Below the pieces are notes generated by a model. It made no database searches and was not told the origin of the DNA. It saw only the letters and a program-made list of their open reading frames with translations. Both the position numbers and the translations under genes were made by a program. Positions 1 through 11,383 of a DNA stretch of 64,000 bases are shown piece by piece. The DNA comes from a virus (Duplodnaviria; Heunggongvirae; Uroviricota; Caudoviricetes). Numbering within the stretch: position 1 is the first letter of the stretch; the number at the start of each line of letters is the position of its first letter. The stretch is from IMG/VR virus record IMGVR_UViG_3300029906_000003, positions 64,001 to 128,000 of that record. One strand, 5' to 3'.

Positions 1-62
1 GTATTAAAGTAGATAATCCATTAGAATTATATTTAACAAATGATTTTATTGTAACCCATAAT
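1..62 (+). mobile_element. C-terminal end of an intein inserted in the helicase Walker A motif
   Basis: Frame from nt 3 reads IKVDNPLELYLTNDFIVTHN then T; the HN|T end is typical of an intein splice junction. Helicase sequence TTVVRYII...ATFTGKAA follows. Truncated by the window start. Confidence 0.85.
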
Positions 63-1157
63 ACGACAGTTGTTAGGTATATTATTGATGAACTAGGACT
101 TCGTAGCAATGAAGTTGCTTTTGCAACTTTTACAGGCAAAGCCGCCCAAGTGTTACAGAAAAAAGGTAACAGAAATGCTATGACTTTGCACAAATTGTTA
201 TATGAATGGAAATATGATAAAGAATTAAGAGAATTTTATAGGATTAAAAAAAATGAATTAAAGCCTGAAGGTAGTGAAGAAGAATATAAATTAATTGTAG
301 TTGATGAAGTCTCTATGGCGCCGAAAGATTTGATGGATGAACTCTTCTCTCACAGGATACCAGTCATATGCCTTGGTGATGATGCGTAGCTTCCGCCAGT
401 AAGTGAAGATAGTAACAACCATATACTAGATGCCCCCAATGTTAGACTCACTGAAATTATGCGGCAAGAGGCAGAATCAGAAATTATTCAAATTGCTACC
501 AAGGTAAGATTAGGCGGCAAATTAACTCCTTTTAAAGGGAAAGAAGTCCAAATTATTAATCGTTCTGAATTAACAAAAGGAATGATGAAATGGGCAGACC
601 AAATTTTATGCGCAAAAAATGAAACTAGAACTGAATTGAATCGTATGATGCGAGACATATATGGAAAAACTGGAAAGCCGCAAATTGGAGATAAAATCAT
701 TTGTTTGAGGAATTATTGGGAAACCTTTAGTAATGAAGGAAATAATCTAATTAATGGAACAATAGGAACCATAAAAGAGTATAGTCCTGAATGGGTTCAT
801 CTTTATACAAGGGGAAAACGCTATCCTCCATTTCTCTGTTATAATTCTTTAATTGAAACAGATTCTAATGAGATACTAAAAAATATTAGACTAGACATAG
901 ACAATATTGGAACTGGAAAACCTAGATTCAATATGGCTGATAGAATGAGACTGTTACATAGTAAATCAAGAAATTTAATGCCTTTTGACTTTACTTATGC
1001 TTATGCTATTACTGTTTGGAAAGCTCAAGGTAGCGAATGGGATAAAGTTCTTTTATTTGAAGAAAATTTTCCGTATGATAGAGAAGAAAAGCAGAAATTT
1101 ATTTATACTGGAATAACAAGAGCAGCTAAAAAATTGATTGTTGTTTTAAATAAGTGA
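1..1157 (+). CDS. RecD/Dda-like SF1 helicase (5'-truncated, intein-containing, one TAG=Gln)
   Basis: TFTGKAA, VVDEVSM, GDDA[TAG]LPPV (motif III GDxxQLPP), YAITVWKAQGSEW, YTGITRA. ORFs 150-389 and 459-1157 share a frame. Confidence 0.9.
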
Positions 1158-1232
1158 GCGGCAAAGGTAGATTTTTATCTATTCTTATGTTATAATAATA
1201 AAGAATAATTATAAGGAAGGATAGGTGAAAAA

Positions 1233-1997
1233 ATGAAAGAAAAAGAAATAATAAAAGGAATTTATGCAATAATAAATAAAATAAATAATAAAAAATATAT
1301 TGGAAAGTCTTCTAATATTAAAAAAAGATGGGAATATCATAAACAGAATTATGAATCAATTAAAGAGTGGAATAAAACGCTTTATAAAGCATTTAGGAAA
1401 TATGGTGTTCAAAATTTTTCTTTTGAAATAATAGAAGTATTAGACGTAAATTATAATGAGTTATGTAACGAGAGGGAGAAATTTTGGATTTCTTATTATG
1501 ATAGCCATAATAATGGATATAATGAAACTGAAGGAGGAGACGGAGGCGTAACTGTTAAAGACCCAAGAGCCTCTTATGGGAAATTAATAAATGAAGAAGT
1601 AATTTATTTAAGAAAAAGATATTTAGAATGTAAATATCCTGCTTCTTATATTTGGGAAAATGAATTTAAAAATAAAATAACAAAGAGAGGATTTCAAGCT
1701 ATCTGGACAGGGTAGAATGCAAAGAATATTATGCCAGAAGTTTTTACTCAAAAAAATAAAGAAAAACAAATTCGCCTTTCACGAGAATATGAAGGGGTAT
1801 TAAGAAGAAGAATTTCTTTAGAAGAAAAACAAAAAATAGAAAAAAGAATCGCTAATGGGGAAAAACTTTTAAAGATATGGAAAGAAGGATATAAAAATCT
1901 CTATACTTATAGTGGATTCTCAGATATGATAAAAGCTATTTCTTTAGATGAAAGGATTAGATTAGATGGAATTCTCGAACCGTTACAAGAGAACTAA
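1233..1997 (+). CDS. Free-standing GIY-YIG homing endonuclease
   Basis: GIYAIINKINNKKYIGKS and GYNETEGG. ORFs 1233-1715 and 1731-1997 join across TAG 1713-1715. Confidence 0.85.
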
Positions 1998-4540
1998 TTT
2001 AGCTTATCGAAGGATGGAAACTCATTCCCACTCCCATTATTCTAATATCCGGTTACTAGATTGCATTAACAAGCCGAAAGACTTAGTTAATAGGGCAGTT
2101 GAATTGGGTCTGGCCGGGATTTGTATTACAGACCATGAAACTTTGGCAGGTCATCCTGAATTAAATATATATCAAAAAGAAATTCAAAAGAAAAATCCTG
2201 ACTTCAAAATTGGGCTTGGAAATGAAATTTATCTTTGTGAATCAAGAGAAAAGAATCAAAGGTATTATCACTTTATCTTAATTGCGAAGAATGCGGCAGG
2301 CCATAGAGCTTTGCGGGAACTTTCATCTAAGGCATGGATGAACTCATATTTTGACCGCGGCCTTGAAAGAGTCGTTACGCTTTATAGCGAATTAGAGAAG
2401 GTGGTGCGGCAGTACCCTAATTCATTGATTGCGTGTACTGCTTGTTTGGGGGGAGAGCTGTCAACTTTGACTCGAATCCTGATTGAATCAGAACGAGCCC
2501 ATGACGAACAGGGGCGGCTGGCCGCGCACAGAAGGATAGTTAAATTTATTCTTTGGTGTAAGGAATTATTTGGGAAAGATTTTTATATTGAATGTGCTCC
2601 AGGGTGTTCTAAAGAGCAGATTGAAGTTAATATGCGTTTGCTTTCAATTAGTCACGCTTTCAATGTAAAAATGATTGTAGCTACAGACGCGCATTATCTG
2701 CGGAAAGAGGACCGGTATGTCCATAAAGCATATCTTAATTCTAAAGGCGGAGAGCGCGAAGTTGATTCATTTTATGAATATGCGTATCTTCAAAGCAATG
2801 AAGAAATTATTGAAAATTTGAAACAGTCTCAATTTGATGAGTCTTTTGTTTCAAAAATGTTTGAGAATAGTATTGAAATCTATAATAAGATTGAGAATTA
2901 TTCAATTCTTCATAATCAACAAATCCCTGATGTAGAAGTTATTGATTATAAAAAGAAAAAAGTCAATGACTTAGCAAAATATCCAGAATTGGATAGAATG
3001 TTTCAGTCAGACGACAAAATTGAAAGATATTGGGTTAATCAGTGTTTTGATAATTTTGAAGATAAGTTTGGCGACTCAATTATCAATCATAAAGAATACA
3101 TTGATGAACTTGAAGAAGAAGCAGAAGTAAAGAAAATTGTTGGAGATAGATTAGGAACAAATATGTTTCGTTATCCAATCCTTCTTCAACATTATATTGA
3201 TTTGTTTTGGGAGTGCGGGTCAACTGTTGGGGCGGGACGCGGTTCGGCGTGCGCCGCACTTAATCATTATTTGTTGGGTATTACGCAACTCAATCCTATC
3301 CAGTACGAGCTCCCATTCTTCAGATATATGAATCGTGATACGGTAGAGTTGGGTGACGTTGACCTGGATTTAGCTCCCGACAAACGACCACTAATCCTAC
3401 AGCGCATCCGAGACGAGCGAAAACATTTGTTCAATCAGGATTTAGATGAGCAAGCGAAAGAGAATCTTGGTTGTACATTAATTGCTACTTTTGGAACTGA
3501 ATCATCTAAGTCCGCAGTCCTCACTGCCTGTAGAGGCTATAAAAGTGAAGATTGTCCAAATGGAATTGACGTAGATATTGCTCAGTATTTATCAAGTCTT
3601 ATTGCGTCTGAAAGAGGTTTTGTTTGGTCACTTCACGATATGTTTGAAGGGAATCAAGAGAAAGATAGAAAACCAAATCAAACTTTTATTAATGAAGTTG
3701 AACAGTATCCAGGATTAAAAGAAATTATGCTGGGCATTGAGTCATTAATAAATAAGAGGTCTAGTCATGCATCTGGCGTAATTATGTTTGAGCGTGACCC
3801 GTATGAGCATGGATGTTTTATGCGGACGCCGAGTGGCGAAATTATAACGCAGTATGACCTCCATATGGACGAAATGTGCGGCATGACGAAGCTAGATTTA
3901 TTAGTGACAGAGGTTCAATCAAAGATTACACAAACTCTTCTGTTATTGCAAAAAGACGGAATATTGCAAGAGGGGTTGACGCTGCGGCAATTATATGATA
4001 AATATATTCATCCTGATGTTTTGCCTCTTGATGATAAAAAAGTATGGAACGCGATTCAGGGCGCGAAGGTACTAGACCTGTTCCAGTTCGATACTAGTGT
4101 GGGGAGTCAAGGGGTGAAAAAAGTTAAGCCAGAAACGATTCAAGAATTAAGTGCAACAAATGGTTTAATTAGATTAATGCCCGCAGATAGAAATTCTGAA
4201 TCTCCTATGGATATTTATTTGAAGCGAAAAAAGAATCCTGATTTGATCCATTATGAAATGAAGAATAAATATCATTTAACAACAGAAGAAGAGAAAGTAA
4301 TTAATAAATATGTTGGTTCAACGTATGGAATTGGTATTTCGCAAGAACAGTTTATGCGGGCGGTCATGGATAAAGATATATGCGGGTTCAGCTTAAAAGA
4401 AAGTAATGATTCCAGAAGAATTATCTCAAAAAAGAAGATGGATAAGATTCCTGAATTGAAAGAGAAAATCTTCGCAAGGGCGTCTAGTCCCGCGGTCGCT
4501 CATTATGTGTGGGATTATATTGCGTCAACCCAATTAGGGT
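1966..4540 (+). CDS. dnaE: DNA polymerase III alpha subunit, exon 1
   Basis: PHP domain (HSHSHYS, ITDHE, ATDAHY), GAGRGSA, DVDLD, SSHASG, KLDLL. Ends at QLG plus one T. Confidence 0.95.
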
Positions 4541-5691
4541 AAAGTGCTTGCCCTAACACATTTTTCCGTTTCATCAACGGGGTAATTATTTAGTTTTGGA
4601 CAAAATTAGATAATTGCTAACGGGGAAGGCTAAAATAACAGAGAGGATATGAAATGTATCCAAATTGTTATCATGCTAATCCCGTGGGAAAATCATGATA
4701 ACAATATATATAAAATAAAAGGAGAAAAAATATGCATTATATATATTGTTATATTAATAAGGTTAATAACCATAAATACGTAGGATAGACAAATAATCTG
4801 CAAAGACGAAAAAGAGAACATTATTCAGCTTCTTTTAATCCAAAAAGCTCTTCTTATAACGATTTAATCCATTATAAAATTAGATAGTATGGGATTGACA
4901 ATTTTGATGTTATTGTATTAGAAACATTATACACAGACGATATAAATATAGTTAATGAAAGAGAATAGTTTTGGATAAAAGAATTAAATACTTTTAGAGG
5001 TAATGGACAAGGATATAATAGCGATTTAGGTGGCTGTGCTAAGGCAAGAAGTTCTGTATTAACGAGAGAGTAGCTGTCAGAATTAAAAAATGATTTAGCT
5101 GAAAATAAATTGAGTTATTTGGAATTATAGAAAAAATATAACGTTTCAAATTCTTTTATTTCTTCTGTTAATAACGGAGTATATTGGAAAGATAACAATA
5201 GAGAATATCCTATTAGAAAATATGTTAAAGTTGATAGTGATTATGATGACTTAATTGATTTATTGCTAAATTCTGATTTAAGCTATTAGAAAATTGCAGA
5301 TATTCTTGGATTAGGAGTGTCAACAGTAAAAAAAATAAATTATGGAACATTGCGTCATGGGCTATATCCTTCTTATCCTATAAGAAAAATATCTCCTCAA
5401 AAAAGAAAAGCAAAAGAAATAATTAAATTATTACGAGAGGGAAAAAGAGGAACTGAAATAGCTGAATAGGTTGGTGTCTCTTTAACAACCATTGTAAGAG
5501 TTAATGCCGGTCAGTCTTACGCAGATGAAAATTTAAATTATCCTATCGTAGAAAATCCTTTATGATAACCTGTAGAGACTATCCTTCGTGAGAGAAGGAG
5601 TAGGATTATTATTGATACGTAATCCGAAATGGTGTGCTTGTTTATACAAGTAAAAGATAGTCCATACCAATAGAAATATTGGAGTAATATG
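4541..5691 (+). mobile_element. Group I intron in dnaE carrying a GIY-YIG ORF
   Basis: P1 TTAGGGT/GCCCTAA with U.G at the 5' splice site; R-like TGTAGAGACTA near 5571; S-like AAGATAGTCC near 5654; terminal G 5691. Splicing gives QLG-Y-AFSDIHSLSYS, matching the DnaE GYxFxxxH motif. Confidence 0.9.
4732..5565 (+). CDS. Intron-encoded GIY-YIG homing endonuclease (several TAG=Gln)
   Basis: RBS AAGGAG; MHYIYCYINKVNNHKYVG[TAG]TNN (YVGQT); open to TGA 5563-5565 only if TAG is sense. Absent from the ORF track. Confidence 0.85.
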
Positions 5692-7061
5692 ATGCGTTTT
5701 CAGACATACATTCACTAAGTTATTCGTTCATCGGGTTCCAAACCGCATATCTCGGAGTGCGCTAGAATCCGGTTTATTGGAACACCGCGTGTCTTATTGT
5801 TAATAGTGGTTCGTTGGATGACGATGGGCAAACTGATTATGCAAAAATTGCTAAAGCACTAGGCAAAATTATTAACAATGGCATAAAGGTTTCGTGTGTT
5901 GATATTAATGAGTCTGAATATACATTTAAACCTGATGCAATTCATAATCAAATTTTGTTTGGCATGAAGTCTTTAAATAAGGTCGGAAGTGACGTAGTTC
6001 AGCAGATTATCGCTCATAGACCTTATAAGAATATTAATGACTTTATAAGTAAGTGCCCGCTCAATAAAACAGTAATGATTTCTCTTATTAAATCAGGTGC
6101 ATTTGATAATTTAGATAATGGGCTCGAATATAAGGGAAAAGAACAAAGACAATTAGTTATGGCTTATTATATTTATAAAATTAGTGAGCCAAAGAAAAAA
6201 ATTACTTTACAGAATGTATCTACTTTAATTAATAAGAATTTAATTCCATATAGTTTAGAAGATTCTAAGCAAGCTTTCTTATTTAATAAAGCATTAAAAA
6301 ACAAAAGAAAGAAAGAAAATAATGGCGGCTATGAATTGGATGCGGCCATGCAAGCAGAATTTGCTAAGTTTTTTGACCAAGACGTATTAAGTGTCGTAGA
6401 TGGGCAAATCAGCTTGCCACAGAAGCAATGGGATTTGATTTATAAGGAAAAAATGGATGCCCTACGGTCTTGGATAAAAGGGAATCAGAATGAAATTCTT
6501 CAAGAATTAAATGATTATCAATTTAAAGAAACTTGGGATAAGTATGCTCAAGGAAATATTGCCGCGTGGGAAATGGAATCAATGTGTTTCTATTATCACG
6601 ACCATGAATTAAAGAATGTTAATACAATAAAATATGGTTTAAGTGATTTTTCTAAATTGCCTGTCGTTCCAGAAGTAGAAAGATTCTTTAAGAAAAAAGG
6701 GAAAGAGATTCCCATTTATAAATTAACTCGAATTATTGGGACAGTATTAGGAAAGAATGATGTGCGGTCATCAATTTCTTTGTTGACTTCAAATGGAGTT
6801 GTAGAAGTGAAGTTCACCAAAGAGTATTTTGCAAATTATGATAGACAATTAAGTATTATTAAAGAAGATGGCACAAAAAAGATTGTTGATAAGAGTTGGT
6901 TCACGCGCGGAGTTAAGTTAATGATCACTGGATTCCGTAGGGATGATACTTTCGTTGCGAAGTCTTATGCCAATACACCAACACATCAGTTATATAAGAT
7001 TGTTGAGCTAATGAACAATGGAAAGGATATGATTATTCAGCATGAAAGGAATGAAGAATAA
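5692..7061 (+). CDS. dnaE: DNA polymerase III alpha subunit, exon 2 (one TAG)
   Basis: AFSDIHSLSYSFIGFQTAYL, DINES, LIKSGAFD; in-frame TAG 5763-5765. Confidence 0.9.
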
Positions 7062-7603
7062 TGGCTACTAAAATCATTTTATTGTGCGGACCTTCCGCTT
7101 CGGGTAAAGATACACTAGCTTCAAAGTTGGTAGAAACTAATCCTGACCGTTATCATAAGTGCGTACTTGCAACGACGAGGCCGCCCCGCGCGCAAGAACA
7201 TCATGGAGTTGATTATTATTATTTTAAAGATAGTTTTATCGTAAGAGTTTCTTCAGCTTTTCTTTTTCCTATTGATTATAATGGATGGATATATGCTATT
7301 CCAAGGGATGAAATAATTGAAGGGAAAACCAATTTAATTGTTTCAAATAGTTACTGGGCTGAAAAATTTCTTGATGGAAATCCTCTTGAAGATTGGGACA
7401 TTAAAGCTGTTTATTTAGACATTCCAAGTAAAGAAAGATTAATTCGTTCTTTAATGAGAGAAGAAAATCCTGACTGTAAAGAGATTTGCCGCAGATTTTT
7501 AGCAGATGAAGACGATTGGAGTCATTTCCTATATAACTATTCAGATAAAGTAATTATAACTTCTGATTGCGGCAATGCTATTGAAAAAATTATAAAATTA
7601 TGA
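7061..7603 (+). CDS. gmk: Guanylate kinase-like protein
   Basis: GPSASGKDT P-loop, TTRPPR..E..GVDYY. Confidence 0.85.
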   Translation: MATKIILLCGPSASGKDTLASKLVETNPDRYHKCVLATTRPPRAQEHHGVDYYYFKDSFIVRVSSAFLFPIDYNGWIYAIPRDEIIEGKTNLIVSNSYWAEKFLDGNPLEDWDIKAVYLDIPSKERLIRSLMREENPDCKEICRRFLADEDDWSHFLYNYSDKVIITSDCGNAIEKIIKL

Positions 7604-7611
7604 TACAATAT

Positions 7612-7646
7612 ATATGGTAGAAGAATCTTCTCTTCTACCATATTTT
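7612..7646 (+). terminator. Hairpin, probable intrinsic terminator
   Basis: ATATGGTAGAAGA / TCTTCTACCATAT inverted repeat followed by TTT. Confidence 0.6.
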
Positions 7647-7730
7647 GATGTCCGTGGTCAGAATGAATTAATCTTTTTATTGTAAAAATAATATATATTG
7701 TATATCGTTTTTAAAAAGGAGAGTGATATT

Positions 7731-7976
7731 ATGGATATTATTTTATATTCAACTCATTGTCCTAAATGTAATATTCTTGCTGCAAAGATGAAAGCTAAGA
7801 ATATTGAATATGTAGAGAACAATGATATAGAAGAAATGGAAAAATTAGGCATTATGTCTGTTCCTTATTTAAGTGTTGATGGCGAATTGCTTGATTTTGC
7901 CGCAGCTAATAAATGGATTAATGGAATAAGCGCAGATGAAAACAAAGATTCTATCTGTGCTTCTTGTCTCTTGTAA
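7731..7976 (+). CDS. Glutaredoxin/NrdH-like protein
   Basis: YSTHCPKC, MSVP..VDG; RBS AAGGAG before ATG 7731; next to nrdD. Confidence 0.8.
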   Translation: MDIILYSTHCPKCNILAAKMKAKNIEYVENNDIEEMEKLGIMSVPYLSVDGELLDFAAANKWINGISADENKDSICASCLL

Positions 7977-7996
7977 AGGAAGGAGAATATTTAACC

Positions 7997-9964
7997 ATGG
8001 ATAAACTTGTTTTCCCAATTAACATAGAATTAAATAAAGATTTTGTTGAATGCGCAAAGGAATTATTTAATAATTACGGAAACAATAGCGAGGAGTTAAG
8101 AAAATTAAATGGTATGTCAAAATGCCAAATTGATTATTCTAACTTTATTGATAAATTTACTGATACATTAACTATCGCGGACGCATCCATTGATGGTAAC
8201 GCTAATGTCAGACATAAAGATATAGTTAGTCTTGATAGCGAAATGTCTAAGCCGCATTCTAAACTGCAATGCTTCAGTAAACTCTTTTATGAAATAGAAA
8301 AAAAATATGGGCTAGATACAGCAAGAGAGTGGCTAAAAAATGAGTGGGATGGACATTTTTATATGCATGACGCATACTCTTGCACTAAGAAGCCATATTG
8401 TTGGGCGGCTGACGTGAAGAGCGTTGCGGAAAGAGGGTTATACTTTATTGGAGATGGATTTAATGCTGAGCCGCCTAAACATTTAGTCACTTTTACTGAT
8501 TTCGTTGTTGAAATGGTATCATACTTAACTAATAGACAGGCGGGCGCAGTTGGTTTACCCTCGTATCTAGTATGGAGTTTTTATTTCTGGCATAAGGATG
8601 TCGAAAACGGATACTATATCAAATCACCTGAGTATTATCGTGGCCAAGAGGCGCAACGCATAATCTATAAGCTAAACCAACCTTACGTCAAATCTGGTGT
8701 CGAAAGTGCTTTCACTAACTTCAATATCTTTGACCGCCCGTACTTTGAAGCATTATTTGGCGGCCTTGAATTTCCAGATGGTACTTATGCTATTGACTAC
8801 GAAGAAGAATTCATGGAATACCAGAAAGCGTTTATGCGCGTGGTAAGTGCGGTAAGGTCCGCTAATGTTCTAACGTATCCAGTCTTGAGTTATTCTTTAT
8901 TGCGTGTTAACGGCAAATTTGTTGATGAAGAGTTCGCGAAGTGGGCCTGTGAACATAATATGAAGTGGGCTGATTCAAATTTTTATATTAGTGATAGTGT
9001 TGACAGCCTTTCTTCTTGCTGTAGACTGCGCAATGCTATTAAAGGTGATGACACTCCTTATTTTAATAGTATTGGCGGTACAGCACTAAATGTTGGTAGT
9101 GTCAAAGTTAATACTGTTAATTTAGCTAGGCTGTCTTATGAGAATGAAACACCAGAAGATTATTTAGCTGCATTAAAAGACAAAGTTAATCTCTGTTTGA
9201 AAGTCCTTGACCGGCAACGCCATACGATAGAAAGAAATATTGAAAAAGGTCTTCTACCTAATTACAGTTGCGGCCTGGTAGATTTATCTAAACAGTATTC
9301 AACTGTTGGTATTAATGGATTATATGAAGCTATTGAGCATTATGGATATACTTATCAAGACGAATTTGGTTACACTTATTATACAGATGAGGGGCTAAAG
9401 TTTGGTCAAGATATTTTAAAGACAATTCATGATGAAATTGACTCCTTTAAAAAGAATGAACGCGTCTCGTATATGATGAACCTAGAACAAATCCCCGGGG
9501 AACGAGCCGCCGCGATCCTTATGGAGAAAGACCAACTTTTTTATCCTAATGAAAAATATTCTCTTCCTCTTTACGGCAATCAGTGGATTCCTCTTGGAAC
9601 AAAGACTACTCTACAAGAGAGAGCGAAAGTATGCGGAATTATGGATAAAGCCTGCAATGGTGGCTCAATTCTTCATGCAAATATTGATTCACCTTTTACT
9701 GACTTCAATACAGCATGGAAAATGCTAAATTATATTGCAGACCAGGGTGTAACTTATTTTGCTTTCTGCACTCGTATTTCAGCTTGCGAAAATAATCATG
9801 GATTCTATGGAAATACTTGTCCAATATGCAGCAAGCCCGTCCAAACAACGTATCAACGCGTTGTAGGATTCTTGACACCAGTATCAAGCTATTCTAAGGA
9901 GCGGAAAGCGGAATTTAAAAAGCGCGATTGGATGGATTTAAACGCAATGGAGGACTTACAGTAA
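7997..9964 (+). CDS. nrdD: Anaerobic ribonucleoside-triphosphate reductase
   Basis: SSCCRL active site, CENNH...CPIC zinc site, QRVVGFL glycyl-radical motif; RBS AAGGAG before ATG 7997. Confidence 0.92.
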   Translation: MDKLVFPINIELNKDFVECAKELFNNYGNNSEELRKLNGMSKCQIDYSNFIDKFTDTLTIADASIDGNANVRHKDIVSLDSEMSKPHSKLQCFSKLFYEIEKKYGLDTAREWLKNEWDGHFYMHDAYSCTKKPYCWAADVKSVAERGLYFIGDGFNAEPPKHLVTFTDFVVEMVSYLTNRQAGAVGLPSYLVWSFYFWHKDVENGYYIKSPEYYRGQEAQRIIYKLNQPYVKSGVESAFTNFNIFDRPYFEALFGGLEFPDGTYAIDYEEEFMEYQKAFMRVVSAVRSANVLTYPVLSYSLLRVNGKFVDEEFAKWACEHNMKWADSNFYISDSVDSLSSCCRLRNAIKGDDTPYFNSIGGTALNVGSVKVNTVNLARLSYENETPEDYLAALKDKVNLCLKVLDRQRHTIERNIEKGLLPNYSCGLVDLSKQYSTVGINGLYEAIEHYGYTYQDEFGYTYYTDEGLKFGQDILKTIHDEIDSFKKNERVSYMMNLEQIPGERAAAILMEKDQLFYPNEKYSLPLYGNQWIPLGTKTTLQERAKVCGIMDKACNGGSILHANIDSPFTDFNTAWKMLNYIADQGVTYFAFCTRISACENNHGFYGNTCPICSKPVQTTYQRVVGFLTPVSSYSKERKAEFKKRDWMDLNAMEDLQ

Positions 9965-10678
9965 ATGAAAGTTCTTATTGCTTGTGAAGAGAGTCAGCGA
10001 GTATGTATTGCTTTTAGAAATCTAGGGTATGAAGCTTACTCGTGCGATATACAAGAATGTTCAGGAGGTCATCCAGAATGGCACATTCAAGGGGATGTGC
10101 TTCCTTTAATTAATGGGAATTGTTCTTTCTATACTATGGATGGAATTTTCCATTCTGTTAAAGGGCGATGGGATTTGCTCGTAGCTCATCCTCCTTGTAC
10201 ATATTTAACCAATGCCTCTGCTGTAAGAATGCGAGTAAATGGAGAGATCGTTCAAGAGCGATATGAGAAAATGCTACAAGGCAAAGAATTCTTTATGAGC
10301 TTTTTGAATGCAGATTGTGAACATATTGCAGTTGAGAATCCTGTTCCTATGAAGTTATGTGAACTTCCTCCATATACTCAAATCATTCAACCTTGGCAAT
10401 TTGGTGACCCTTGGACTAAGCGCACTTGTTTATGGCTAAAGAATATTCCACCTCTTGTTCCTTATGTTACTTCAAAGCCATCCGATGTTCAGCCTTGGGT
10501 CAATGGGGGATGCAAAGATGCCCATGGAAATTACAGGAGATTTCAAGGACGCAAAGAACGTGACCCCAAGAATCGAGCGAAAACATTTCCTGGAATTGCC
10601 AAAGCTATGGCCAAACAATGGAGTACATTTATAACTGAGCAAGAACAGATTGGAGAAAAATATGAGTCAAAGTTATGA
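9965..10678 (+). CDS. DNA cytosine-5 methyltransferase-like protein
   Basis: AHPPCT (catalytic PC), VENP, KRTCLW, TFPGIA. Confidence 0.7.
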   Translation: MKVLIACEESQRVCIAFRNLGYEAYSCDIQECSGGHPEWHIQGDVLPLINGNCSFYTMDGIFHSVKGRWDLLVAHPPCTYLTNASAVRMRVNGEIVQERYEKMLQGKEFFMSFLNADCEHIAVENPVPMKLCELPPYTQIIQPWQFGDPWTKRTCLWLKNIPPLVPYVTSKPSDVQPWVNGGCKDAHGNYRRFQGRKERDPKNRAKTFPGIAKAMAKQWSTFITEQEQIGEKYESKL

Positions 10679-10850
10679 TTATAGAACTCTTCAAAGATGG
10701 GAAGATTATGACCGTGAATGGTTTTGGTATAAAATGGATAAAACTTATCAGGCCATTGGCTCGTGTGGCCCATATAATAATCCGTGTATAACTTGTAGCT
10801 ATCCTAATTGTAAGTTTTGCCCGATAGTAAGACATGGAAACGACGGTTGA
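10662..10850 (+). CDS. Small Cys-rich hypothetical protein
   Basis: GGAG RBS, overlaps the MTase stop; CxxC..CxxC pattern. Confidence 0.5.
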   Translation: MSQSYDYRTLQRWEDYDREWFWYKMDKTYQAIGSCGPYNNPCITCSYPNCKFCPIVRHGNDG

Positions 10851-10867
10851 TATAAAGGAGGTTGGAT

Positions 10868-11383
10868 ATGCGAATCAAACAATTAGTCCATGAAGATTTT
10901 GTTCAATATAAAAAGCCTGTCATGTTTCTAGGTACAACTAAATGCGATTGGAAATGTTGCAAGGAATGTGGCCAAGATATTTCAATGTGTCAAAATAGTC
11001 CATTAGCACAAGCTCTGCCTTTAACAATTCCTTTTGACGTTATTTACAATAGATATATAAATAATCCCATCACAGAGGCAATCGTTATTGGCGGGCTTGA
11101 GCCTATGCTGCAAGGGGACGAAGTCTATAATCTTATAAGCTATTTCCGCTTACAAAAAAATAATACACTATTTATCATATATACAGGGTATACCGAAGAA
11201 GAGTGCAAGAAAATGGAATGGTTCCAGAAGATAATTTTGCTTGGCCGCATCATTTTTAAGTTTGGCCGCTATATTCCAAATGGCACAAAAAAGTATGATG
11301 AATTATTAGGTGTTACTCTTGCTTCTGATAACCAATATTCAAAATATTATGAAGGAGATGAAACAAGTAATAACAATGACTAA
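10868..11383 (+). CDS. nrdG: Anaerobic RNR activating enzyme (radical SAM)
   Basis: CDWKCCKEC...CQN, GGLEP, YTGY, KFGRY, LASDNQ. Confidence 0.88.
   Translation: MRIKQLVHEDFVQYKKPVMFLGTTKCDWKCCKECGQDISMCQNSPLAQALPLTIPFDVIYNRYINNPITEAIVIGGLEPMLQGDEVYNLISYFRLQKNNTLFIIYTGYTEEECKKMEWFQKIILLGRIIFKFGRYIPNGTKKYDELLGVTLASDNQYSKYYEGDETSNNND

Noticed and set aside
1158..1997. The first GIY-YIG gene as part of an intron
   Set aside because: Flanking genes are complete and no group I core elements were seen; treated as free-standing.
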